A DNA stretch of 64,000 nt from NCBI GenBank assembly GCA_034421015.1, contig DAOUKT010000037.1, positions 94,096 to 158,095 on the forward strand. The letters run 5' to 3'. Below the pieces are notes generated by a model. It worked only from the letters and a program-made list of their open reading frames with translations. It did no database searches and was not told where the DNA came from. Numbering within the stretch: position 1 is the stretch's first letter; each line of letters begins with the position of its first letter. Origin of the DNA: Dehalococcoidia bacterium. GTDB lineage: Bacteria; Chloroflexota; Dehalococcoidia; Lucifugimonadales; UBA2985. Shown here in pieces: positions 28,586 to 37,417 of the stretch. Made by a program: the position numbers and the translations under genes.

Positions 28586-31012
28586 ATGATGAAGTACGCC
28601 GAGGTGGCCGTCGACGCCCCCGCGGGGTACAACCGCACCTTCACGTACTCCGTTCCCCCCGGCCTGGACGTCTCTCCCGGGCATCTGGTGCAAGCGCCCT
28701 TCGGCCCTCGCATTGTGCCCGGACTTGTGTTCCGGCTCAGCAATGAGTCCCCAGTCGATGACACGCGCCCCATAAGCGGCGCGTCCCGCGACCAACCCGT
28801 GCTCTCGCCCGTCCACCTGGCCCTGGCCGAATGGATCAGCGACTACTACATGGCGCCTCTCTTCGAGTGCGCCGCCCTTATGATGCCGCCAGGCATGAGG
28901 GAGCGCAGCCTCACCCACTACTCCGCAACAACCGCGCCTGCTGCCGACCTGAGGCTGTCTCCCGCCCAACGCCGCGTCCTGGACTACCTGGCCTCCCGGT
29001 CTAAGGTGGAGCGCGGCGCACTGCTCAGGGCGCTTGGCCCCAGGGCCGGCTCCGCCATCGGACCCTTGGCAAGGCGCGGCCTCGTAGAGGTGTCCACGGA
29101 GTGGCGGCAGCCCTCGGTCCGGCCGAGGTACGTGGCACACCTGGAGATGACGCGCCCGGCGGACGCCGAGAATGCCGCGGCCGACCTGGAGCGAAGGGCC
29201 TACAGGCAGGCCGCCTTGCTGCGCCACATGGCAGAAACCAGAGAGCCGATTCCCCGCGCCGAGGCCGTCCGGGAGTTCGGGCAGTACGCCGTAACAAGTC
29301 TGGAGAAAAAGGGACTGGTGCGCCGCGTGCAAATCCAAGTGGAGCGGGACCCCCTCAGGGGCAGGGAGTACCCGCCAGAAGATACGCCGGTCCTGACACC
29401 TGACCAGCAGAGCTGCGTAAGCGCCATCGGGAGCGCAATTGACAACGCGTCTACCCGGGTGTTCCTGCTCCACGGAGTGACCGGCAGCGGCAAAACGGAG
29501 GTTTACCTGCGGGCGCTGGAACACGCCATCAGAAGGGGAAAGCGCGGAATCGTGCTGGCGCCGGAGCTCGCCCTGACGCCACAGACCATCGACCGATTCA
29601 GCCGCCGGTTTCCGGGGCAGGTGGCCGTACAGCACAGCGGCCTGTCCCCGGGGGAGCGCTTCGACCAGTGGCAGCGCATCAGGGAGGGCCGCTACGGAGT
29701 CGCCGTCGGGGCGCGGAGCGCCCTGTTCGCGCCTCAGCCGGACCTGGGGCTGATAGTCATAGACGAGGAGCACGAGCCGACGTACAAGCAGGAAGACACT
29801 CCCCGCTATCACGCCCGGGACGCCGCCCTGAAGCTGGCCGAGCTGACCGGCGCGGTGGTGGTCCTGGGAACGGCGACGCCGGACGTCGTTACATACTCCC
29901 GCGCCGTCAACGGGCGATACAGGCTGCTGACGCTGCCGGAACGCATAGCGGACGGGGCCGGGACGCGCAGCAACAGGGTCGTTCCACAGCCTCCGGTGCA
30001 GATCGTAGACCTGCGAAAGGAGTTGGAGGAGGGGAATCGGAGCATCTTCAGCCGCGCCCTGACCGGCGAGATGGACAGGGCGCTCAAGGCCGGTGAGCAG
30101 GTGATGCTCTACCTGAACCGCAGGGGCAGCGGCAGCATGGTCCAGTGCCGGGACTGCGGGCACGTGATGCGTTGCAGTCGCTGCGACTTCACCCTGACCC
30201 ACCACGCCCAGGCCGGCAAACTGCTCTGCCACAGGTGCAACCATCGGCGCAACCCGCCGGCCCATTGCCCCAAGTGCCGCAGCCGCCAGATTCGATACCT
30301 GGGCCTTGGGACTCAGCGCGTAGTCGAGGAGCTGGAGAAGGAGTACCCGGGCGTCAAGTCGCTTCGCTGGGACAGGGACGCCACCTCTGCCAGGGGCTCC
30401 CACCAGCGAATCATGGACGCCTTCCTCAGAGGGGACGCGCAGGTCCTGGTGGGCACACAGATGATAGCCAAGGGCCTGCATTTCCCGAACGTGACCCTGG
30501 TGGGTGTGCTCTGCGCCGATATCGGCCTCTTCCTGCCGGACTTTCACGCAGGCGAGAGGGTCTTCCAGCTGCTCAGCCAGGTGTCCGGCCGGACGGGCAG
30601 GGGGCCCCTGGGCGGCAAGGTCGTTGTGCAGACCTATTCTCCTGACCACTATGCGGTCACAAGCGCGGCGGCGCATGACTATTCAGCCTTCTACGAGAGG
30701 GAAACGGCCTATCGCCGTGAGCAGGCCCTGCCTCCCTATGAGCGTCTCATCCGCCTTGTGCACACCGACCTGATCCAGGACGCCTGCCAGCGCGAGGCGG
30801 AGCGTATGGGCGACGAGCTCAAGCAACAGCGCGCCGCCTGGGGACTGACCAACACCGACATCCTGGGGCCTGCCCCCGCCTTTCCGCCGCGTCTGAGGGG
30901 TCGGTACCGATGGCACATAATCCTGAGGGGACAGGACCCTCGGTCTCTGCTGGACAAGACCCAGGTTCCCCAGGGCTGGGCCGTTGACGTTGACCCAATG
31001 TCCGTCGCGTGA
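28586..31012 (+). CDS. priA: Primosomal protein N' (replication restart helicase PriA)
   Basis: 808 aa. Walker A HGVTGSGKTEVY, DEEH box, and the Cys-rich Zn-binding insert CRDCGH..CSRCD...CHRCN...CPKC. Confidence 0.9.
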   Translation: MMKYAEVAVDAPAGYNRTFTYSVPPGLDVSPGHLVQAPFGPRIVPGLVFRLSNESPVDDTRPISGASRDQPVLSPVHLALAEWISDYYMAPLFECAALMMPPGMRERSLTHYSATTAPAADLRLSPAQRRVLDYLASRSKVERGALLRALGPRAGSAIGPLARRGLVEVSTEWRQPSVRPRYVAHLEMTRPADAENAAADLERRAYRQAALLRHMAETREPIPRAEAVREFGQYAVTSLEKKGLVRRVQIQVERDPLRGREYPPEDTPVLTPDQQSCVSAIGSAIDNASTRVFLLHGVTGSGKTEVYLRALEHAIRRGKRGIVLAPELALTPQTIDRFSRRFPGQVAVQHSGLSPGERFDQWQRIREGRYGVAVGARSALFAPQPDLGLIVIDEEHEPTYKQEDTPRYHARDAALKLAELTGAVVVLGTATPDVVTYSRAVNGRYRLLTLPERIADGAGTRSNRVVPQPPVQIVDLRKELEEGNRSIFSRALTGEMDRALKAGEQVMLYLNRRGSGSMVQCRDCGHVMRCSRCDFTLTHHAQAGKLLCHRCNHRRNPPAHCPKCRSRQIRYLGLGTQRVVEELEKEYPGVKSLRWDRDATSARGSHQRIMDAFLRGDAQVLVGTQMIAKGLHFPNVTLVGVLCADIGLFLPDFHAGERVFQLLSQVSGRTGRGPLGGKVVVQTYSPDHYAVTSAAAHDYSAFYERETAYRREQALPPYERLIRLVHTDLIQDACQREAERMGDELKQQRAAWGLTNTDILGPAPAFPPRLRGRYRWHIILRGQDPRSLLDKTQVPQGWAVDVDPMSVA

Positions 31013-31091
31013 CCCTTGAAATCTCATTTACAGGCCCGTTGCCCCAAACTATAATTGGCGGGAGAAACGATAAATCGCCAGGAGGCGGCCG

Positions 31092-31574
31092 TTGACTGTT
31101 TTGAACCTTCGGACCCTGCCAGATCCGGTGCTTCGGCAGAAGGCCAGGCGCGTCACCAGGATTGACGACGCGCTCCAGAAGCTCATAGACGATATGATAG
31201 ATACCATGAGAGCAGCCAATGGCGTGGGGCTGGCCGCCAACCAGGTGGGCGTGCTCCAGAGGGTCGTAGTCATCGAGATTCCGGAGGAGGAAGAGGTGCG
31301 TGTGCTCATCAACCCGGAGATCACCCGCAGGGAGGGTGAGAGGTTGGTGGAGGAGGGCTGCCTGAGCATTCCGGGCTACAGGGGCGAACTCACCCGCTCC
31401 CTGAAGGTGCGCGCCCGGGCCCTGGACAGGGACGGCAACACAGTGCGAATCAAGGCCGAGGGTCTCCTGGCGCAGGCGCTTGAACACGAGACCGACCACA
31501 TAAACGGGACCCTCTACATCGATCACCTGGAAAGCTCTGAGAAGCTCTGGAAGCTGGAGCCTCAAGAGGCCTGA
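31092..31574 (+). CDS. def: Peptide deformylase
   Basis: GVGLAANQVG, EGCLSIPG and HETDHINGTL motifs. TTG start. Confidence 0.9.
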   Translation: MTVLNLRTLPDPVLRQKARRVTRIDDALQKLIDDMIDTMRAANGVGLAANQVGVLQRVVVIEIPEEEEVRVLINPEITRREGERLVEEGCLSIPGYRGELTRSLKVRARALDRDGNTVRIKAEGLLAQALEHETDHINGTLYIDHLESSEKLWKLEPQEA

Positions 31575-31591
31575 GCCCCTTCAGAGGCTGC

Positions 31592-33115
31592 TTGAACCCC
31601 GGCAGGCCAACCACAACCCCCGCCTCTCCGGTCTCCCCCGAGACTCTGCCCCTGCTGCGCGCCCTGGCGGAGTTCTTTGCTGCACGCTCGGTGACGGCGT
31701 ACCTGGCCGGGGGGTCCGTCAGGGACGCTCTGCTGGGCAGGCAACCCAACGACGTAGACATCGCAGTTGGGGGCGACGCGGTTGCCCTTGGCCGCGAGCT
31801 TGCACATGCCACCGGCGGCACCTTCGTCTCACTTAACGAGGCCCACGCCGCGGCCAGAGTCGTGCTGCCGGAGGAGAGCGCCTATGGCGAGAAGGCCCCC
31901 AGACCGCACGTCGATCTGACGTCCCTTGAAGGGGACATTGCCCAGGACCTGGCCCGACGGGACTTCACCATCGACGCGCTGGCCCTTCCCCTTGACTACG
32001 CCACAGGTGAGGCCGCATGGGACGGGCTTGTGGACCCCCTTGGCGGCCTCGCAGACCTGGCCGCCGGGACCCTCAGGCCGGCGTCCGGCCGCGTCTTCCG
32101 GGACGACCCCGTGCGGCTGTTGCGCGGCGTAAGGCTGGCCGCTCAGCTCGGCTTCACCCTCAACGACGACGCAGTTCAGCTCATACAAAGAGATGCCCAC
32201 CTGCTGACCACCGTCGCTCCGGAACGTCTGAGAGACGAGCTGCTGAAGACCCTCGCAGAGCCCGGGGCGTCCCGCCACCTGCGGCTGATGGACGATTTGG
32301 GACTGCTGTGCCGGCTCATCCCCGAGCTGGAGGAGGCCAGGGACGTGGAGCAGCCCCCGGAGCACTACTGGAACGTCTTCTACCACTGCGTAGAGGCCGC
32401 CGGGGCGCTGGAGCAGGTCACTAACAAGGCCGCCATCGCCGGAAACGACGTCCTTGCCTGCGTCCCCTGGCACGACTCCCTGGACACGTACTTTGACGAG
32501 GAGTTCAGCGACGGCCACACCCGCCGCACAATAGTCAAGCTGGGATGCCTTCTCCACGACATCTCCAAGCCCGCCACCAAGACCGTGGAGCCTTCCGGGC
32601 GCATAAGGTTCATCGGCCACGACTTGCAGGGCGCCGAGGTGTCGGAGACCATCCTCCGCCGTCTGCGCATGAGCAGCAGGGCGACCCACCTGATAAGCGC
32701 GATGGTCAGGCACCACCTCCGGCCAACGCAGATGAGGCAGGGCGTTGAGATGCCCACGCAACGGGCAGTATATCGGTTCTTCCGGGACCTGGACACCGCG
32801 GCCGTGGATACGCTCTATTTGAACATCGCCGACTACCTGTCCGCCAAGGGTCCGCGCGTGGTCGATGCCCAGGACTGGGAGGGGCACTGCCGGCTCATAG
32901 GCCACATCCTCCACGAGGGCCTGCGAGAGCGGGAGGACCTCGGCAGCAGGCCCAGGCTTGTGGATGGCCACGTGCTGATGCAGGCCCTGGAGCTTCGTCC
33001 GGGCCCCGAGCTGGGAAAGCTGCTGGAGGCCATCATGGAGGCCCAGGGAGCAGGGGAGATCTCCACACGGGAGGAGGCCCTGCAACTCGCCGTACGCCTT
33101 CTGAAAGACACCTAG
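31592..33115 (+). CDS. cca: CCA-adding tRNA nucleotidyltransferase / poly(A) polymerase family protein with an HD domain
   Basis: YLAGGSVRDALLGRQPNDVDIAV head-domain motif and a later HD region (LLHDISKP ... HH). 507 aa. TTG start, which is uncertain. Confidence 0.8.
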   Translation: MNPGRPTTTPASPVSPETLPLLRALAEFFAARSVTAYLAGGSVRDALLGRQPNDVDIAVGGDAVALGRELAHATGGTFVSLNEAHAAARVVLPEESAYGEKAPRPHVDLTSLEGDIAQDLARRDFTIDALALPLDYATGEAAWDGLVDPLGGLADLAAGTLRPASGRVFRDDPVRLLRGVRLAAQLGFTLNDDAVQLIQRDAHLLTTVAPERLRDELLKTLAEPGASRHLRLMDDLGLLCRLIPELEEARDVEQPPEHYWNVFYHCVEAAGALEQVTNKAAIAGNDVLACVPWHDSLDTYFDEEFSDGHTRRTIVKLGCLLHDISKPATKTVEPSGRIRFIGHDLQGAEVSETILRRLRMSSRATHLISAMVRHHLRPTQMRQGVEMPTQRAVYRFFRDLDTAAVDTLYLNIADYLSAKGPRVVDAQDWEGHCRLIGHILHEGLREREDLGSRPRLVDGHVLMQALELRPGPELGKLLEAIMEAQGAGEISTREEALQLAVRLLKDT

Positions 33116-33227
33116 TAGCCCAAGGTCTTTGGATCCACTCAGGGGCCATCGATTTCCACCACAATGTGCCTCTGCGCTTCACGTTTCTGGAGTTTCCCGA
33201 GAACGTCAGCAGGCGCAATGCGCCGGT

Positions 33228-33265
33228 CCCGCCCATCTACCCCCTTTAGGGGGTAGATGGGCGGG
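33228..33265. repeat. Perfect 17-bp inverted repeat with a 4-nt loop
   Basis: cccgcccatctaccccc ttta gggggtagatgggcggg. Intergenic between cca and nrdR, with no following T tract. Confidence 0.8.
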
Positions 33266-33409
33266 ACTACTGCGGAACTCGTAGGGCCCTGCAGGTGTTG
33301 GAAGAGACAGCAGATTCCTTGCATTGCAGGAAATCCTGTCCTCTTGAATGTGTGACACCTACATGTTGTGTACCTCATCTGGAATGCCACAAACTGGGGT
33401 ATAAACCTA

Positions 33410-33437
33410 TTGACAAGGCTTTTGGCGCTTCTATATC
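33410..33437 (+). promoter_or_regulatory. Candidate nrdR-nrdJ promoter (TTGACA-N16-TATATC)
   Basis: ttgaca at 33410..33415 and tatatc at 33432..33437. The -10 abuts or overlaps NrdR box 1. Confidence 0.4.
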
Positions 33438-33452
33438 ATCGACATATTGTCG
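33437..33452 (+). promoter_or_regulatory. Degenerate NrdR box 1
   Basis: CATCGACATATTGTCG shares the CATATTGT core with box 2 and lies exactly 31 bp upstream centre to centre, which is the usual tandem NrdR-box spacing. Only about 9/16 match to the acaCwAtATaTwGtgt consensus. Confidence 0.4.
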
Positions 33453-33467
33453 CCATTGGCTTGTGGC

Positions 33468-33483
33468 ACACAGCATATTGTGT
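33468..33483 (+). promoter_or_regulatory. NrdR box 2
   Basis: ACACAGCATATTGTGT matches the 16-bp NrdR-box palindrome consensus acaCwAtATaTwGtgt at 14/16 positions. It lies 56 nt upstream of the nrdR start. Confidence 0.65.
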
Positions 33484-33538
33484 ACATTTAGTATATTGAA
33501 TCAAGCTTTAAGGTTGCCAGGTCTGAGAAGAGAGTCCT

Positions 33539-34120
33539 ATGCGCTGCCCTTACTGCAATCATCCGGAGTCAAAGGTCATAGACTCCCGGGACGCTACAGA
33601 GAGCGTACGCCGACGGCGGGAGTGCATTCAGTGCGGGCTCCGCTACACCACCTATGAGCGCATTCAGACCACGGCCCTAATGGTCGCCAAGCGCGACAAC
33701 CGCCGCGAGGAGTACAACCGGGACAAGCTGATAAACAGCATCCTCAAGGCGTGCGTCAAGCGGCCCCTTCCCACCGGCCGCATCGAGAAGCTGGTGGACG
33801 AGATTGAGGCCGAACTTCAGCAGCTGGGCAGGGCGGAGATCCACAGCTCCAGCATCGGGGAGATGGTCATGGAGCGGCTCAGGGACATGGACAGGGTCGC
33901 ATACATCCGCTTTGCCAGCGTGTACCGGGATTTCGCAGACATTGAGAGCTTCAAGCAGGAGGTGGAGGCGTTGCAGGAGGCCCTGGAGAGAGAGGTGCCC
34001 AGCCCGCAGCTGCCTCTGATTCCTGATGACCCGCCGGCCCCCAGGCGACGCGGCAGGCGTCCCCGGGCCGCCCAGGGACTGCCAATGGACCTGGGCAACG
34101 GCGCTTCGCACACTTCGTAG
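33539..34120 (+). CDS. nrdR: Transcriptional repressor NrdR (Zn-ribbon + ATP-cone) with a ~40-aa Pro/Arg-rich C-terminal extension
   Basis: [18 protein letters not shown]...[19 protein letters not shown], followed by an ATP-cone ([17 protein letters not shown]...). Confidence 0.9.
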   Translation: MRCPYCNHPESKVIDSRDATESVRRRRECIQCGLRYTTYERIQTTALMVAKRDNRREEYNRDKLINSILKACVKRPLPTGRIEKLVDEIEAELQQLGRAEIHSSSIGEMVMERLRDMDRVAYIRFASVYRDFADIESFKQEVEALQEALEREVPSPQLPLIPDDPPAPRRRGRRPRAAQGLPMDLGNGASHTS

Positions 34121-34167
34121 ATTCATCCGAGACCAGGCAAGAGCAAGACTTCAGGGAGGACCGAGTC

Positions 34168-36708
34168 ATGACCATCGCAGGAGAGGCAGACAGCAAGGAG
34201 ACCACCGGCAACGAGCCGACCATTGCAGCCGAGGCAGCTGAGAAGGTCTTGGCTGCTGTGAAGGCTGCCGGCGTCACCGACCCCTCGGTGGTCAGGCAGA
34301 TTGCCGAGAACCTGAACAGGCCCAACGGCAACGGCCATTCAGAGTCGGAAGACGGCGCATCCACCAACGGCACAAGCGCAGTGGAGGTCAGGGGGACCGC
34401 GCCGGACATCTCGGAGAACGCGATGGTCGTTCTGGAGAAGCGCTACCTCCGCAAGAACGACAAGGGCGAAATAGTCGAGAACCCGTCCCAGATGTTCCGC
34501 AGGGTGGCCCGGGCCATCGCCGAGACGGAGCTTCTCTACAACTCCAACGCCGACGTGGCCCACTGGGAGGACGCCTTCTACGAGCCGATGGCCAAGATGG
34601 AGTTCGTCCCTAACTCGCCCACCCTCATGAACGCAGGAACTGGCACAGGTACGCTGTCGGCCTGCTTCGTGATTGGGCTGGAGGACAGCATGGACGGCAT
34701 TATGGAGACGGCCAAGGAGGCCGCTCTGGTGCAGAAGTTCGGCGGCGGCACCGGCTTCGCCCTCTCCAAGATCCGGCCCAAGGGCGCGCCCATCTCAACC
34801 ACCCACGGGAGGGCCTGCGGCCCCGTGGCGGTGCTTCGCCACCTCTCCTCCGTCTCAACCCTGGTGACCCAGGGCGGCAAGCGGGACGGAGCGAACATGG
34901 CCGTGATGGACGTGCACCACCCGGACATCCTGGACTTCATCACGTGCAAGACCACCGAGGGCCAGATCCACAACTTCAACATCTCCGTGGGAGTCAGCGA
35001 GGAGTTCATGCAGGCGGTCGAGAGGGAGGAGGACTACGAGCTTCGAGACCCCCAGACGGGCGAGGTTGTGGGCAAGCTGAACGCCGCGGACGTCTTCAGC
35101 AGGATGATCGAAGGGGCGTGGCTCAACGGCGAGCCCGGCGCCATTTTCCTGGACCAGGTCAACCGCGACAACCCAACGCTGCACGTAGGCCGCATGACCG
35201 CCACCAACCCCTGCGGCGAGCAGCCCCTGCTGCCATACGAGTCCTGCAACCTGGGTTCCATAAACCTCGCCAGGTTCGTGGTGGAGAGGGACAGGCAGCC
35301 TGCCGTGGACTGGGACCGGCTGAAGGAGACGGTGCAGGTTGCCACACGCTTTCTGGACAACGTCATCGACGCCAACCGCTACTCCGTCCCGGAGATCGAG
35401 CGGATGACCAAGCTGACCCGCAAGATTGGACTTGGTGTCATGGGCTTCGCCGATATGCTGGTCATCCTGGGCATTCCCTACAACTCACAGGAGGGAATCG
35501 ACCTCGGCCGTGAGGTGATGAGGTTCATCAGGCAGGAGTCGGACAACACCTCCGAGGAGCTGGCCAGTGAGCGGGGTGTCTTCCCCGCCTACGAGGGCAG
35601 CTCATTCCAGAAGCAGGGCAGGATGATGCGCAACGCCTGCCGCCTGACGGTGGCCCCCACGGGCACGATTTCGATGATAGCGGGCTGCTCCAGCGGCATC
35701 GAGCCTCTCTTCTCCCTCTGCTACCACAAGCACAACATCCTGGAGGGCCAGAGCCTCCTCTACATCGACGCCAACTTCGAGGACGTGGCGCGCCAGGACG
35801 ACTTCTACAGCGACGAGCTGATGGAGTACCTGGCGGACGGCGGCTCCATCCAGGACAGGGACGAGGACGTCCCTGAGTGGGTGAGAGATGTCTTTGTGAC
35901 GGCCGCTGACATATCGCCCCAGGACCACGTGCGGATGCAGGCGGCGTTCCAGGACAGCGTGGACGCCGGAATATCCAAGACCATCAACTTCCCCAACTCG
36001 GCCACCAGGGAGGACGTGCGCATGTCCTACCTCTTGGCGTGGAAGCTGGGCTGCAAGGGGATCACGGTCTACCGCGCAGGCAGCCGGGAGGCGGAGGTCC
36101 TGACGACGGGAGTCGCCGGCAGGGGAGGTACGGACGTGGAGGAGGATGCGACGACGGGCCTGGCAGTAAGGCCCCGGACGATTATGGACAGGCCCAGGAG
36201 CGTGCAGGGCGTAACGGAGCGGGTGCGGACCGGCCACGGCAACATGTACGTGAACATCACCTACTACGATGGCCGCCCCTTCGAGGTGTTCTCCACGCTG
36301 GGCAAGGCCGGTGGATGCGACTCGGCACAGCTGGAGGCCATATCCCGCCTGGCGTCCCTGGCCCTGCGCTCCGGCATCGCAACGGAGCAGATCATTGAGC
36401 AGCTGAGGGGAATCACCTGCTGCCCGACTTGGGACGATGGCACGTTGGTGCGCTCGGCCCCGGACGCGGTGGCGCTAGCCCTCAGCCGCCAGACCGAGGC
36501 CCCCGAGCCCCAGGCGCTCCAAGCACTCCAAGCGCCCCAGCCCAGGAGCGCCACCGCCATTGCAGTGCAGCAGGAGCTGTTCTTCAAGGCGGAGGCCAAC
36601 GGCAACGGACGGCAGAACACCTGCCCAGAGTGCCCCGCGTTTCTGATCCACCAGGAGGGCTGCGAGAGGTGCTCCGACCCACAGTGCGGGTACGAGAGGT
36701 GCGGGTAG
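34168..36708 (+). CDS. nrdJ: Class II (adenosylcobalamin-dependent) ribonucleotide reductase NrdJ with a C-terminal Cys-rich Zn-finger tail
   Basis: 846 aa. PNSPTLMNAG, the active-site TNPCGEQPL, GCKGITVYR, and the C-terminal CPECPAFLIHQEGCERCSDPQCGYERCG. Unstructured N-terminal extension of about 90 aa. Confidence 0.9.
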   Translation: MTIAGEADSKETTGNEPTIAAEAAEKVLAAVKAAGVTDPSVVRQIAENLNRPNGNGHSESEDGASTNGTSAVEVRGTAPDISENAMVVLEKRYLRKNDKGEIVENPSQMFRRVARAIAETELLYNSNADVAHWEDAFYEPMAKMEFVPNSPTLMNAGTGTGTLSACFVIGLEDSMDGIMETAKEAALVQKFGGGTGFALSKIRPKGAPISTTHGRACGPVAVLRHLSSVSTLVTQGGKRDGANMAVMDVHHPDILDFITCKTTEGQIHNFNISVGVSEEFMQAVEREEDYELRDPQTGEVVGKLNAADVFSRMIEGAWLNGEPGAIFLDQVNRDNPTLHVGRMTATNPCGEQPLLPYESCNLGSINLARFVVERDRQPAVDWDRLKETVQVATRFLDNVIDANRYSVPEIERMTKLTRKIGLGVMGFADMLVILGIPYNSQEGIDLGREVMRFIRQESDNTSEELASERGVFPAYEGSSFQKQGRMMRNACRLTVAPTGTISMIAGCSSGIEPLFSLCYHKHNILEGQSLLYIDANFEDVARQDDFYSDELMEYLADGGSIQDRDEDVPEWVRDVFVTAADISPQDHVRMQAAFQDSVDAGISKTINFPNSATREDVRMSYLLAWKLGCKGITVYRAGSREAEVLTTGVAGRGGTDVEEDATTGLAVRPRTIMDRPRSVQGVTERVRTGHGNMYVNITYYDGRPFEVFSTLGKAGGCDSAQLEAISRLASLALRSGIATEQIIEQLRGITCCPTWDDGTLVRSAPDAVALALSRQTEAPEPQALQALQAPQPRSATAIAVQQELFFKAEANGNGRQNTCPECPAFLIHQEGCERCSDPQCGYERCG

Positions 36709-36716
36709 AAGATCCC

Positions 36717-36989
36717 ATGAGAAGAGACAAACGACCGGACACGGACGCCATCTGGGTCAGGCCTCACCTCAACCGCAAGGGCAATCCGGTGAAGGGCCAC
36801 TGGCGCAGCCGGCCAAGGCAGGTGAGCGTGAGGGGCCACTTCCGAGGTCTGAGCTACGTCAAGCCCTTCAAGCGTCGCAGGCCCGTCTACGAGCCGCCGG
36901 CGGAATTCATACTGGCGGGGCAGCCTGCGTCCTGGGAGCACACCCTCATCAACCTGCTGAGGGACGTAGAGCCCCTCATGGGCTACTGA
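36717..36989 (+). CDS. Small, very basic hypothetical protein in the nrd transcription unit
   Basis: ATG is 9 nt after the nrdJ stop. 90 aa: MRRDKRPDTDAIWVRPHLNRKGNPVKGHWRSRPRQVSVRGHFRGLSYVKPFKRRRP... The only strong terminator follows it, at 37105. No family recognised, and a chance ORF in GC-rich DNA is possible. Confidence 0.4.
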   Translation: MRRDKRPDTDAIWVRPHLNRKGNPVKGHWRSRPRQVSVRGHFRGLSYVKPFKRRRPVYEPPAEFILAGQPASWEHTLINLLRDVEPLMGY

Positions 36990-37104
36990 ACTTGAGTAAT
37001 ACGCGCCGACCCTCCGGAGCAATCAGTGGGAGCGGCGCGACGGGTAGGATGCTCTGCGTCCGCAGATGTCCCGAACGGCGCTCTCCTTGAGAGAGCGTGC
37101 ACCC

Positions 37105-37135
37105 AAGGCCCCGATACATCGGGGCCTTTTCTATT
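37105..37135 (+). terminator. Intrinsic terminator of the nrdR-nrdJ unit
   Basis: aaggccccg atacat cggggcctt (9-bp stem) followed by ttctatt. A second hairpin, cgctctc cttga gagagcg, lies just upstream (37076..37098). Confidence 0.65.
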
Positions 37136-37204
37136 GTACCATCAATGAACACCAAATATAATGCGTGCAATGGCATACAGGGGGTGCGTTGAAAATGGCT
37201 GACA

Positions 37205-37348
37205 CACCCGCTCATAGCCTGCCCCGTACTTGATACGGGGGTGAGCCTGTCGAACCATTTGAGCGGGTATAACCAAGACGCACGGCCCCGCTCATTTCCT
37301 TCGACAAGCTCAGAGCTTGCCCCGTACTTGATACGGGGATGAGCGGAA
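37205..37348 (+). repeat. Composite 144-bp palindromic repeat cluster upstream of pdxA (contains two copies of hairpin module A at 37216..37240 and 37314..37338)
   Basis: cacccgctcat[agcctgccccgtacttgatacgggg]gtgagcctgtcgaaccatttgagcggg ... ccgctcatttccttcgacaagctcagagcttgccccgtacttgatacggggatgagcggaa. Collinear with 38444..38558. Confidence 0.8.
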
Positions 37349-37417
37349 ACTATCTTCATTGAAAAGCCTAGAAGGAGGCCAATCGCCTCCGGGAACAGTC
37401 ACAGGAGAATTAGACGT

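Noticed and set aside
28550-30676. 708-aa ORF on the minus strand
   Set aside because: Antisense shadow of priA, which has clear helicase and Zn-binding motifs. No domain signature of its own.
36976-37359. 127-aa minus-strand ORF, plus 38494..38844 and 37751..38581 minus-strand ORFs
   Set aside because: They run through the terminator and the composite repeats (..HPRIKYGASSELVEG.., ..TPVSSTGQA..) or are antisense to pdxA/proC. They are repeat-derived or shadow frames.
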